A stretch of 63,216 nt of DNA, the filler included. It is 9 parts of 9 records of this genome, joined end to end, with 100 filler letters (N's around TTAATTAATTAA, not from the genome) between each part and the next. Parts side by side here need not be neighbours in the genome. Positions count along the whole stretch, not along the records: positions 27,515 to 33,230 come from SRR31147125_67074; positions 33,331 to 39,056 come from SRR31147125_67130; positions 39,157 to 45,530 come from SRR31147125_67217; 6 more parts are not named here. The stretch is one strand, 5' to 3'. Positions within the stretch are counted from its first letter, which is position 1. Each line of letters starts with the position of its first letter. Both the position numbers and the translations under genes were made by a program. Below are positions 31,450 through 41,979 of the stretch, one piece after another. The notes under the pieces are model-generated. The model had not been told where the DNA came from. It ran no database searches and saw nothing but the letters and a program-made list of their open reading frames with translations.

Positions 31450-32164
31450 ACCGAGAGTCAATGCATCGTGACCGTGATATTGCCGTCATTGACAGTGGTG
31501 TCAATCCACTGCATCCCCATGTGGGAGAGGTATCCGGCGGTCATGGATATGAACTGGATGATAACGGAAAAATCCGTGAAACCGGCAATTTCATGGATGA
31601 GCACGGACACGGTACGGCCATCTGTGGAATCATCAGGGAAAAGGCCCCTTTATCGGGCATCTATGCCGTCAAGATTTTTAAACGGGAACTCACTGCATCC
31701 ATCAAGCAATTGGTTGAAGCGCTAACATGGTGTATGGAAAAAAGTTTCGAATCATCCATTTAAGCCTTGGGGTGGATGACGAGGCCCACATTCCCACGCT
31801 GGAATCATTATGCAAACAGGCTCAAGATAACGATACACTCATCTTTGCTTCCGCAAAGGGACCGGATCATCACATTTATCCGGCTGCTTTCGACAGTGTC
31901 ATGGGCATCTACTGGGAAAAGCGCTGTAAGGAAAACCAATGGGTCTACCATCCCGATGCCTGCGTTCAGTTCGGTACATACGGCTTTCCCAGGCCCATCC
32001 CGGGCGTGCCCCAGGAGCATAATTTCAAAGGGCACAGTTTTGCCGCCGCCCACATGACGGGCATGGCCGCCGGACTGCTGGAGCAGCATCCGGAAAAGCC
32101 GGCATCCTGGGTGAAGCAAACGCTTTCATGTATGGATAGAGTCGATTATAAATTCAAAGGCTAA
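31446..32164 (+). CDS. Short cytoplasmic subtilisin-like (S8) peptidase, QhpE-like; frameshift in A-run 31738-31743
   Basis: IAVIDSG (Asp), HGHGT (His), IIHLSLG, FKGHSFAAAH (Ser); about 239 aa, no signal or pro-peptide; overlaps the ABC stop. Confidence 0.82.
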
Positions 32165-32937
32165 AAGGAAAAGAGACGGGCCGAGTCCAGAAGGGTCTTT
32201 GCATACTCGTTTTCAACACTATTCAGTTGATCGGTATCCATTGATTCCACGATTTTTCCCCTGTTAAGGAACATGACCCGGTCACATAGGGCCGCCACCA
32301 CCGGAAGATCGTGGGCAATGAAAAAATAGGTGAGGTTGAGATCCTGTTTCAGATTGACAAGAAGTTCCAGCACCTGGGCCTGAACCGGTACGTCCAGGGA
32401 GCTGAGTGCCTCGTCAAAGACGATGAACCTTGGTCGCGTGGCAATGGCCCGGGCAATGCAGACCCGCTGTACCTGCCCCCCGCTCAGTTCGTGGGGATGG
32501 CGATTCAGCACCGTTTTGGGAAGGGCAACCCGGTTCAGGAGTTCCTCTGTGTAAGCCGCCGTCTTTTCATCCTTTCTCCCCAGGGTCCCCAGGGGTTCGG
32601 CAATGGCCTGGGCCACGGTAAATCCGGGATTGACCGAAGTGGTATAATCCTGGAAGACCACGCTCATATGGCCCGGATGTTTCTTCCGCCAATTGGAAAC
32701 GGACTCCCCCTCCATGAGGATCTCGCCCCGGCAGGGGAATTCCAAGCCGAGGATCAGGCGGCTCAAGGTGCTTTTTCCCGACCCGCTCTCCCCGACAAGG
32801 CCCAGGCATTCCCCCTCATCGACCTTAAAGGATATGCCGGAGAGAATGGCCTGGTCTTTTTTTCCCCAGAAGATCCCTGTTTTGGCATATTGCTTATGCA
32901 CATTCTCTACCCGTAACATACCATTTTCTCTCCGCAA
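32161..32937 (-). CDS. Peptide/nickel ABC importer ATP-binding protein (OppF/NikE-like)
   Basis: GESGSGKS, HPHELSGGQVQR, FDEALSSLD. Confidence 0.9.
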   Translation of the reverse strand: MRRENGMLRVENVHKQYAKTGIFWGKKDQAILSGISFKVDEGECLGLVGESGSGKSTLSRLILGLEFPCRGEILMEGESVSNWRKKHPGHMSVVFQDYTTSVNPGFTVAQAIAEPLGTLGRKDEKTAAYTEELLNRVALPKTVLNRHPHELSGGQVQRVCIARAIATRPRFIVFDEALSSLDVPVQAQVLELLVNLKQDLNLTYFFIAHDLPVVAALCDRVMFLNRGKIVESMDTDQLNSVENEYAKTLLDSARLFSF

Positions 32938-33230
32938 GGGTTTACCGGCGCCATGGCCCGTTCAAATGATCGGCTCATGGTTTTCCGGGTGCCGATCAAA
33001 TACCGGGTGTAGGCATGACCGGGGGTTTCGAAAATCTGTTGGGCCGGTCCCAGTTCCACCTGAATCCCGTTGCGCATGACCAGTACTTCCCGGGCCAGAT
33101 GACGGATCACGCCAAGGTCGTGGGAGATGAAAATCACCGTGGTTCCCGTAATTTGGCGCAGATGGATGAAATTTTTTATGACCTCCTGCTGGTTGATGGT
33201 GTCCAGGGCGGTGGTGGGCTCGTCCGCGAT
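32907..33230 (-). CDS. Peptide/nickel ABC importer ATP-binding protein (OppD/NikD-like), C-terminal fragment
   Basis: IADEPTTALD, FISHDLGVI, HAYTRYL. Confidence 0.85.
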   Translation of the reverse strand: MADEPTTALDTINQQEVIKNFIHLRQITGTTVIFISHDLGVIRHLAREVLVMRNGIQVELGPAQQIFETPGHAYTRYLIGTRKTMSRSFERAMAPVNPCGEKMVCYG

Positions 33231-33330
33231 NNNNNNNNNNNNNNNNNNNNNNNNNNNNNNNNNNNNNNNNNNNNTTAATTAATTAANNNNNNNNNNNNNN
33301 NNNNNNNNNNNNNNNNNNNNNNNNNNNNNN

Positions 33331-33938
33331 AATTCTTCAGGATTTTCTACAGGACGCTCTGGGTGGTTCTCAATACCCTGCCCATGCTTATCTATGTCCT
33401 TTTCATTCGTGCTGTATTCGATCAATCGGAGTACGGTATCCTCAATCAGATGTTGTTGAATCGGGGGTTTATCGATGAACCGATACTCTGGCTCAACAAT
33501 GCGGCTCTGGCCATCGTCATCGGTGCGACGGGATTTTCTTCCGCCGCCGGTGGAATGATTCTCCTCTCTTCGGCGATCAATTCGATTCCCCGGGATATCT
33601 TTCTGGCCGCCTCCGTCGACGGCGCACCACGATGGGGCATTATCCTGGATATCATTCTTCCCGTATTGCGATGGCCGATCATGCTCACGGCTATTTCCAA
33701 TACGATTGCCCTCACGACCAGCTTCTTCATCATCATGCTTCTCACCATGGGGGGGCCCGTGTACGCGACGACGACTCTGTCGTTCTATACGTACCTGACA
33801 GCGTTCAAGATGCAGAAGTACGGATACGGCGCCTCCCTGTCCCTTTTCATGGTTCTTGTCGTCCTTGTCTTCACGATCATCCAGATGAAGATCTTCAAGA
33901 TCGAAGAGCACGTTCAGAAACCACGCATCGAGGAGTAA
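33331..33938 (+). CDS. Carbohydrate ABC transporter permease, partial
   Basis: SIPRDIFLAASVDGA EAA-like loop, LTMGGP, YGYGAS. Confidence 0.88.
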
Positions 33939-33945
33939 GTTACCG

Positions 33946-34788
33946 ATGAAACGCCAACCCGCCGGCTCAATCAGACAGTTGATGATCCATGCCGTTCTAC
34001 TGATATTGAGCTTCCCGATACTTTTCATGCTTTTCTGGCTGGTGAAAAGCACTTTTGTCGATCCCTATACAGGTCAGATTACCCTGAACAACTGGGAGTT
34101 CCTGTTCCGGGATACCATGATAGACACCATAACGCTGCCGGTGATCTGGCCCATGGTCGGTTTCACTCTGCTCTTCAGCATTCTGGTCATGGGCCTCGAC
34201 GTACTGATTGCCGTACCCGCCGCTTATGCTGCGTCGCGACTGGAATTCAAGGGAAAGATCTTCCTCATCAAATCGCTTTTCATGCTTCAGGCCTTTCCGG
34301 GCATCCTCGTCCTGATTGCGGTGTTCTACATAATGATTTACGTCGGCCTGGTGAATACACTGGCGGGAGTCGTCCTGTTATGCGCAGTTCATATGCTTCC
34401 TGCGCATGTCTTCATGCTCAAGGGTTTTTTCGACTCCATACCCTGGGATCTCGAACAGGCTTCCATGGTGGACGGCTGCACACGATTCCAGGCATTTCAC
34501 CAGGTCCTGCTGCCGGCTGTGAAACCGGGTATTCTCGTAATCGCCATCTTCGCTTTCATGGCATCCTATGGCGAATGGTTTCTTTTCTCCGTCTTCATCT
34601 TCGACGATACCTACTTCACGATGGCCCGCTATATGTCAACGCTGGTGATGAGCGGCTCTGGCGAGAGCCTGGACGGCACCACGGTGGCTTTCGGAGTCTT
34701 CTATACCGTACCAATAGCGATCTTCTACATATTTTCACAGAAAATGCTGCTGCAAATTAAGAATCTCGGAGGAAGGAAGTTTGTATGA
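33946..34788 (+). CDS. Carbohydrate ABC transporter permease (MalG-like)
   Basis: LKGFFDSIPWDLEQASMVDG, multiple TMs. Confidence 0.9.
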   Translation: MKRQPAGSIRQLMIHAVLLILSFPILFMLFWLVKSTFVDPYTGQITLNNWEFLFRDTMIDTITLPVIWPMVGFTLLFSILVMGLDVLIAVPAAYAASRLEFKGKIFLIKSLFMLQAFPGILVLIAVFYIMIYVGLVNTLAGVVLLCAVHMLPAHVFMLKGFFDSIPWDLEQASMVDGCTRFQAFHQVLLPAVKPGILVIAIFAFMASYGEWFLFSVFIFDDTYFTMARYMSTLVMSGSGESLDGTTVAFGVFYTVPIAIFYIFSQKMLLQIKNLGGRKFV

Positions 34789-35897
34789 TTGACCTCGTCG
34801 GTGTATCAAAAACATACGAAACGAAGAACAGCAGGACCGAAGCGCTGAAAGGAGTTGATCTGGAAATAAAATCCGGTGAACTCGTTGCTCTTCTCGGACC
34901 CAGCGGATGCGGTAAAACAACGACTCTGATGATCATCGCAGGTTTCCTGAACCCGGACTTCGGAGAGATTCATTTCAACGGGGAATTGGTCAACACGCTT
35001 CCCCCGAAGGATCGGAACATCGGTATGGTCTTCCAATCCTACGCCCTGTATCCCCATCTTTCAGTTATCGATAACATCGCCTTTCCGCTGAAATACAAGA
35101 AAGTCTCCAAGGCCGCCCGGCATGCGCAGGCGGAAGAGGTGGCGAAAACCCTCCAGATCGAAGAGCTGCTGCAGCGAAAGCCTTCGCAGTTGTCGGGAGG
35201 GCAGCAGCAACGCGTGGCCATGGCCAGGGCTTTGGTTAAGAAACCGGTTGTGCTGCTGCTCGACGAACCGATGTCCAATCTGGACACCCGTCTCAAACTC
35301 GATGTTCGAGACGAGATTCGCATCCTGCAGAAGCAGATTGGCGTGACGACCATACTCGTGACTCATGACCAGGAAGAAGCTATGGCCATGGCCGACAGAG
35401 TAGCGATTCTGGACAAGGGGAGCATTCAGCAGTTCGATTCGCCGGACCGGCTCTATTACCATCCCCGGAATCTCTTCGTCGCCAATTTCCTCGGTAATCC
35501 GCCCATGAATATCGTACAGGGAACGATCAAGCTTCTGGAGAATGATCCCCACTTCAGTTCTCCCGGATTGACCATTCCCTGTCTCGACCGCTGGGGAATC
35601 ACCAGGGCAGACGCAGGCAAAGACGTCTGTCTGGGCGTCAGGCCGGATCATCTGAGGCTGTCAGAAGAGGGCTCGTCGTTGACTCTTGCTGTTAAAGCGG
35701 AGCTGGTGGAACACCTGGGAGGCAAGAAATTGATTAAAGCGGTACTGGGTGACAAATCGAACCGATCAATCCGATTTCTTTCTACCGACATGTCCATTCA
35801 GATCCGGGAGGGAGATTTACTGGAGCTCACAGCTGAGGACAAAAACCTTCATCTCTTCGATATGACAAGGGATGGGTTGAATCTCAATACAGGCTAG
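34785..35897 (+). CDS. Carbohydrate ABC transporter ATPase (MalK-like, TOBE domain)
   Basis: GPSGCGKT, VFQSYALYPH, LSGGQQQR, VTHDQEEAM. Confidence 0.93.
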   Translation: MIDLVGVSKTYETKNSRTEALKGVDLEIKSGELVALLGPSGCGKTTTLMIIAGFLNPDFGEIHFNGELVNTLPPKDRNIGMVFQSYALYPHLSVIDNIAFPLKYKKVSKAARHAQAEEVAKTLQIEELLQRKPSQLSGGQQQRVAMARALVKKPVVLLLDEPMSNLDTRLKLDVRDEIRILQKQIGVTTILVTHDQEEAMAMADRVAILDKGSIQQFDSPDRLYYHPRNLFVANFLGNPPMNIVQGTIKLLENDPHFSSPGLTIPCLDRWGITRADAGKDVCLGVRPDHLRLSEEGSSLTLAVKAELVEHLGGKKLIKAVLGDKSNRSIRFLSTDMSIQIREGDLLELTAEDKNLHLFDMTRDGLNLNTG

Positions 35898-36501
35898 TCG
35901 AAATAGGGCAACAATACAGCTTGCAGGAGAGATTCCAATTCCTCCCAACGACCCGGGTTCCCGGTGGTATAGAACCATTTGAAAAGCACGCCGAAGTAAG
36001 CCCCGAGTATGGTCGTAGCGATAAGATCCGGATCAGCTTGTTTTATTTCGTTCCGTTCCTGGCCCTGCTGGACGAACTCTTTCAACAGGACGTGTATGGC
36101 GTTGAAAGAAGAGGGGCGACTCTCGGAGTTGATGATGGATGAGAACATCACCATCCCCGTCAGATGCAAGAAAGGAATGGAGTCATCGAGGAGACGCTTC
36201 ATGATGATCATGATTCTGTCCCGACTGTCCAGTGAATCATCCAGTTCCTGCCGGCCTAAAAAAAGAATATCATCCACCTCGTCCTCACCGATACCAGCGA
36301 GAAGACGGTCTTTGGAGGGAAAATAGTTGAATACAGTCGCTTTCGAAACATCGCATTTATCGGCTATTTCACTGATAGTTGTCTGCTCGAATCCCTGGTT
36401 CTCGAAAAACTCCGCGCAGATTTCAAGATACTCTCTTTGGTCTTCTGCTTCTTCCGTTCCCGCCGGGAAAGAGCATAGGGTGGCCGATTCGAATTGCTCA
36501 T
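35894..36501 (-). CDS. TetR family regulator; frameshift in run at 36405-36409
   Basis: SRRERKKQKTKESIL, then GFEQTTISEIADKCDVSKATVFNYFPSK. Confidence 0.85.
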
Positions 36502-36760
36502 TTTATCCATCGTATAGCAGAGTCAGAGAGACTGCAATTGGATGCAGGTGATGGAGTACCGAGTATGAACAGGAAGAGAAGGAAGAGATGACTGGCGAGG
36601 AGAGTCGAACCCGGCATTGGAATGCAGATGGTCGTCGAAAAGGATTCTCGTCGCGCGGCCTGGGTCGAATCACCGGTGAGGACACCATACTCAATTGTGA
36701 ACGACTCAGGTTTATTGGGGCGCCGTATGATATCATGGATTCAGTACAGAGGAGGACTCA

Positions 36761-37291
36761 ATGTCGAGTGATGATCAGAAGACCGATGCCGGGTTCGACC
36801 GCTATGAAGATACGAATGCCAATGGCCTGATGTTCCTGTTCTTCATCGGCCTCACCTTCCTGAATCCCATGGTCATCATCATGAACATGAACCCCATGAT
36901 CTCAGTGCTTCAAACGTTGCTTGGCATGCTGCATCAGACCTGGTTCGATTCCTTCGCCATCGTTCTGAGGGTGGTGATGCTGGCGTGTATCCTCCTCTCC
37001 ATCCTACTCGGACTCGGTATCTATCGATTGAAACCCTTCGCCTGGAAGGGCTCAAAAATCTATATCCCGATACTCCAGATCTACTACCTGCTGCTCACTA
37101 TCCCCGGGTACTTCATTGCCCGATCCGTCAGTGATGCCGGCCTACTGACTGCACAGGATATGACCCTGGAGTCCCGCTATGCAGACTTCACCCTCAGGCT
37201 GCTGTCTTCTCTTATCTTTACGGCGCTGTCGATGGCCTACCTGCTCCTGTCGCGAAAAGGAAGAAAAGCCATCTTCGGTCCTGAGATGTAG
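36761..37291 (+). CDS. Multi-TM hypothetical membrane protein
   Basis: GAGGAGG RBS; four hydrophobic segments. Confidence 0.7.
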   Translation: MSSDDQKTDAGFDRYEDTNANGLMFLFFIGLTFLNPMVIIMNMNPMISVLQTLLGMLHQTWFDSFAIVLRVVMLACILLSILLGLGIYRLKPFAWKGSKIYIPILQIYYLLLTIPGYFIARSVSDAGLLTAQDMTLESRYADFTLRLLSSLIFTALSMAYLLLSRKGRKAIFGPEM

Positions 37292-37636
37292 GCCTCGATA
37301 CCTACGAGAACTCAACACGGCATCCTTTTCATTCGTCACCCTATGTCTGGATTCCGAATCAGTTCGAATCCGATCGGTATGGAGGATGGAATGCGAGGCT
37401 CGCGGCGTTCCCACACAGGATGTCGGCGACTGACGATCGTCACCATGGGCAACCTCGGACGTCCCATTTTCCACGGAACGGTGCTGTCGCCCCGGCAGAC
37501 GATTCGCTCGGAACCCGCTCCAGAGATACCCGATATATCGGCACGCATCCAGAAACGGATGGTATGGACTTCCAGGCGGCGTTACCGTCCGGGTAGTATG
37601 GCAACAGAAACAAGACCCGATATCAGGAGCCCCACC

Positions 37637-38497
37637 ATGTTCCGGTCTGCCTTTTTCTCCAAACGTATTGTTGCGCTGACAGGCGGAGCCATGGGTATCG
37701 GCCGATCGACTGCTCTTCAGCTGGCACGGGCCGGAGCTTGTCTGGCACTTTGCGACAGGAACAGGGATGCGCTGGAAACCGCTGCTGCCGATATCCGCCG
37801 GGCTGCCCCCGATATCAGCCTCATCACCGCTGTTGTCGACGTTTCCGATTCATCTCAGATCTTGTCGTGGGTCTATTCGATAAAACAAGATTTCGGCGCC
37901 GTCGATATTGTCATCAACAATGCCGGCGTCGGTGGGAAAACGGCCGACATCGATCTTCTCGGCCTCGAAGAAATGCGATCCATCATGGAAGTGAACTTCT
38001 GGGGAAGTGTTTCTGTCAGCCTGGAAATGCTCCCGCTTCTGCGCCTCGGGAGAGACCCCATCCTTGTAAACGTGTCGAGTATTGCCGGTTTGATGGGCAT
38101 TATGGGCGCCCTCCCCTACGCAGCAAGCAAGAGTGCAATAAGGGGATTCTCGGAATCCCTGCGTCTGGAGCTGATGGATGAGGATATCCGGGTCGTTCAG
38201 GTGCATCCGGGCATCGTGAAGAGCCGCATCATCGACAATGTGGAAGGACTCAGCGATGAGCAGCGCCGTCTGTCCCGGGAAGCATTCCTCGCTCAGAAAG
38301 GGCTCAGCCCGGACCGGGCGGCGACAATCATCCTGGACGGTATCGCCCGGGGCCGGGATAGAATAATCGTTGGCGGTGATGCCGTCGCGGGTGATGTCAT
38401 TTCCAGATGGTTCCCGAAGCGATACAGCCGATGGGTTCACCAGGGTATGAAGAAAACCGTCGGGGAACTTTCCGGCGACAGGGAGATTGGAGCATGA
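37637..38497 (+). CDS. Short-chain dehydrogenase/reductase
   Basis: TGGAMGIG, NNAG, NVSS, YAASK. Confidence 0.9.
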   Translation: MFRSAFFSKRIVALTGGAMGIGRSTALQLARAGACLALCDRNRDALETAAADIRRAAPDISLITAVVDVSDSSQILSWVYSIKQDFGAVDIVINNAGVGGKTADIDLLGLEEMRSIMEVNFWGSVSVSLEMLPLLRLGRDPILVNVSSIAGLMGIMGALPYAASKSAIRGFSESLRLELMDEDIRVVQVHPGIVKSRIIDNVEGLSDEQRRLSREAFLAQKGLSPDRAATIILDGIARGRDRIIVGGDAVAGDVISRWFPKRYSRWVHQGMKKTVGELSGDREIGA

Positions 38498-39056
38498 ATG
38501 ATGCGCAAACTGCGTTGATTACCGGAGCATCCAGCGGCATAGGAGAATCCTATGCCCGAACTCTGGCGGAGAAGGGATTCAACCTGGTGCTCTCGGCACG
38601 ACGGGTAGATCATCTCAAGGCACTGGCGGCCCGCCTGGAAGAAGAATGGAACATCGAAGTATCCGTCCTGCCCGCCGATCTATCCGATCCCGAAGGAATT
38701 GAAAAACTGATCGCCGGACTCGGCGACTTCTCGATAGACCTGCTCGTCCATAGTGCAGGATTCGGAACAAGGGGCCTGTTCGCCAATGTAAATAGCGAAA
38801 AAAGTGGCGGAATGGTGATTCTCCACACCCTGGCCGCAACCCTGATTGCACGGGCCGTGCTTCCGGGAATGGTGGAACGACAGAACGGAGGAATCATTTT
38901 CGTATCTTCCCTCGGCGCCTTTCTGACCACAGCGGAATACACGGTATATTCAGCCACAAAGGCGTACCTGAATACGTTTATCGAGGGCCTGAGAGATGAG
39001 ACTCTGCCCTTCGGCGTTCATGTCCAGGCTGTCTGTCCAGGACTGACAAAACAGAA
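38494..39056 (+). CDS. Short-chain dehydrogenase/reductase, truncated
   Basis: TGASSGIG, YSATK, CPGLT; ATGA overlap with the previous gene. Confidence 0.9.
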
Positions 39057-39156
39057 NNNNNNNNNNNNNNNNNNNNNNNNNNNNNNNNNNNNNNNNNNNN
39101 TTAATTAATTAANNNNNNNNNNNNNNNNNNNNNNNNNNNNNNNNNNNNNNNNNNNN

Positions 39157-39614
39157 TTGACCTGCTGCTTTTCGGTACCCGCGCATCGGACAGTGACACT
39201 GGTCAAGTGGGCCCCCAAACCGCTGTTCTATTGGACGTACCCATGGTTACCGGAGCCATCGATATTGAAAGCCATAACGGCCATCTCACCGTCGAGCGTC
39301 AGGTGGACGATTTTCTGGAAACCTATGAAATGACGCTGCCGGCGGCGCTAACCATCCACCCGTGTGCCGCCCGCTCACGGGACGCGTCACTGGGAAGCAT
39401 CGCCACGGCGTTTGATGAACAAACCGTGGACGTTCTGAACGCGGCGCAATTGGGACTGGACCCGCAAACGGTGGGCGATGCCGGTTCGCCCACACGGGTA
39501 CTGTCCATGAAGCCGGTAAAAAAAGACCGCACCTGCGAGTGGATCGAAGGCTCTCCCGCACAGCAGGCCGAGGAACTGGTGCGCCGCCTGGCGGCATCGG
39601 GCCAGCTTGGTTGA
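39157..39614 (+). CDS. etfB: Electron transfer flavoprotein beta subunit, C-terminal part
   Basis: SDSDTGQVGPQTA, GDAGSPTRV. Confidence 0.88.
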
Positions 39615-39840
39615 TCCAAGTAAACGGGTCAACGATATAACGGCATGAACCCTTAAAGAACATATTCCAGACGATGTCGTAAGACTGCATGCAACAAGAC
39701 TCGCAGATCCATAGGAGGCGCGCTATGGCGGGCGTCGCAGCCAGTTTGTCGATAAGTCCGTTGCAGTGACGAACAATGAGGCCCGATGCAAGCATCCGCC
39801 GTTTTACGGAACCGTCAAGCGTATAAGCGACCTAACAACC

Positions 39841-41466
39841 ATGACCAAACCAACCACAAATGAAATCTGGGTATTCGGTGATCTTAGAAGCCGGCATTTG
39901 CTCGACCAGAGCCTGAAGGTTCTGGCCAAAGCCGCACGTTTGTCGGCAAAGACAGGTGACCGGGTCGTTCTGTTCACATTGGCGCCCGCCGCATCCAGCG
40001 TATTGACCACCGCTACGGACGCGGCCTGCGCCACCGACACCAGGGTGGAGGATGAAGCCTTTGCCTGGGGTGCCGACGCTGTCTATTTTTTTGAGAATCA
40101 GCGATTCCAACCGCCGCTGGTACATCATTTCGCCGAGGCATTGAGGCCGGTTGTCCAGGAGCGATCCCCGCGACTGGTTTTATTTCCGCTTACCGATTTC
40201 GGTCGCGATTTGGCCGCCCGCAGCGCATCGGCGGCACGGGCCGGTTTAATGGCGGACTGTGTCGAACTCACGCCCGGCCAGAACGGCTCCATCGTCGGCC
40301 TCTGTCCGGCCTGGGGCGGTGAGATCATGGCCGAAATCACCTATGCAACGGGCCACGGCACCGGATTTGCCACGGTGCAACCGGATGGCGCGGCCGTAGA
40401 AAAGGATTCGAGCCGGAGCGGCCGAATAGAGCGCATCCCCTTGGCCGACATCCCGGCGCCCAGGGGACTCCGACTGATCTCCTCAAGAACGGCGGTCCCG
40501 TCGGCGGATGCGCTGGAAAACGCCCGCACGGTCGTCGTCGGCGGGGCCGGACTGGGCAGCATGGAAAACTTCGGGTTAGTCCGGCAGCTGGCGGCCGCCA
40601 TGGCCGGCCAGGTGGCGGCTACGCGTCCGCCGGTTCTCAATCACTGGGTAGCCGAAGACCGGCTCATCGGTCAAACCGGGAAAACCGTCCAGCCACGCCT
40701 GTTGCTTTCCATCGGCACGTCGGGCGCCGTGCAATATACCGCCGGCATTATGGGCTCGGAAACGATCGTGGCCGTCAATCGCGATCCCCGTGCGCCGATC
40801 TTTCGGTTGGCGGATGTCGGTGTCAAGGCCGATGTCGCCACTTTTCTCCCCTTGCTGATCTCACAGGTCAGAAAGACGGTCATGCGCCAATTGGCCGATG
40901 ACATCTGCGCCGAAATGCCGCAACAGGCCAGAGATAGCGGCTTTGGAGATAAAATCAAGACCCTGCGCGAGGCCCAGGGCTGGTCAGTCGAACATCTGGG
41001 ACAGATTACCGGTCAAACGCCCGAGTTTATTGCCGGCGTGGAATCCGGCGAGATCTCGCCTCCCGTGGCATTTATGCTGCGACTGGCAAACGCGTACGGG
41101 GTCGATCCGGGTACGTTCTTGCGTGATGAGGAAAAAGCGCATATCCGTGAGCAACGCGCCCAGGCCTATGTCAATCGCACCCGTAACTATTCTTACCAAA
41201 CCTTGACATCGGGCGCGGAACACGACCATCTGCGGGCATTCATGATTACCATCGAACCGCATCATGATCACAAACCCGTTGCCTATAAGCATGAGGGTGA
41301 AGAGTTCATATTCGTCATGGAAGGCGAATTGCAATTCACCCTGGGCAGTAAAGTGCACACCCTGAAAAAGGGAGAATCCATTCATTTCCATTCCAGCACG
41401 CCGCATAAGCTGAAAAGCCTTTCGGCCGAAATCACGCGGTGCCTGGTCATTTTGTATACGATTTAG
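39841..41466 (+). CDS. ETF alpha subunit fused to XRE-HTH and cupin domains
   Basis: RDLAAR...ADC, GGAGLG, IGQTGKTV, GTSGAVQY; then GDKIKTLREAQGWSVEHLG (XRE) and HEGEEFIFVMEG...PH (cupin). Confidence 0.88.
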   Translation: MTKPTTNEIWVFGDLRSRHLLDQSLKVLAKAARLSAKTGDRVVLFTLAPAASSVLTTATDAACATDTRVEDEAFAWGADAVYFFENQRFQPPLVHHFAEALRPVVQERSPRLVLFPLTDFGRDLAARSASAARAGLMADCVELTPGQNGSIVGLCPAWGGEIMAEITYATGHGTGFATVQPDGAAVEKDSSRSGRIERIPLADIPAPRGLRLISSRTAVPSADALENARTVVVGGAGLGSMENFGLVRQLAAAMAGQVAATRPPVLNHWVAEDRLIGQTGKTVQPRLLLSIGTSGAVQYTAGIMGSETIVAVNRDPRAPIFRLADVGVKADVATFLPLLISQVRKTVMRQLADDICAEMPQQARDSGFGDKIKTLREAQGWSVEHLGQITGQTPEFIAGVESGEISPPVAFMLRLANAYGVDPGTFLRDEEKAHIREQRAQAYVNRTRNYSYQTLTSGAEHDHLRAFMITIEPHHDHKPVAYKHEGEEFIFVMEGELQFTLGSKVHTLKKGESIHFHSSTPHKLKSLSAEITRCLVILYTI

Positions 41467-41496
41467 ACGATTTGCATAACGCGTGGCCAGCCCCCG

Positions 41497-41979
41497 ATGA
41501 TGCCGGATGAAAAAAGACCATATGTAGGCGTTGCCGTAATCGTTGTGCGGGATGGACGCGTGCTATTGGGAAGGCGCAAAAAGGCCCATGGCGCGGGCAC
41601 ATGGCAGTTCCCCGGCGGTCACCTGGAGTACGGTGAATCCGTTGAGGATTGCGCCCGGCGGGAACTTTACGAAGAAACCGGCCTGTCCATGGACAACTGC
41701 CGCCCGGGACCGTACACGAATGATATATTCGGAGCAGAGAAAAAGCACTATATCACTTTGTTTGTGATCACCGATCAGGCAAGCGGCGATGCCAAGGTGA
41801 AGGAACCGCATAAGTGCGAGCGCTGGGCGTGGTTCAAATGGTCGGAAATGCCCACGCCGCGTTTTCTGCCCATCGTCAATCTGCTCAAGCAAAATTTTAG
41901 CATTACCGAAACCACACGAACCAGGGAAGGACATCCCCATGGACACCCCTCAGCCGGTGTCGATTCACGGCGGTCATAG
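41497..41979 (+). CDS. Nudix hydrolase (NUDT15-like)
   Basis: PGGHLEYGESVEDCARRELYEETG, KHYITLF, EPHKCERWAWF. Confidence 0.92.
   Translation: MMPDEKRPYVGVAVIVVRDGRVLLGRRKKAHGAGTWQFPGGHLEYGESVEDCARRELYEETGLSMDNCRPGPYTNDIFGAEKKHYITLFVITDQASGDAKVKEPHKCERWAWFKWSEMPTPRFLPIVNLLKQNFSITETTRTREGHPHGHPSAGVDSRRS

Noticed and set aside
32161-33230. Opp/Nik ATPases as part of the U32 operon
   Set aside because: Opposite strand and convergent; a separate importer operon.
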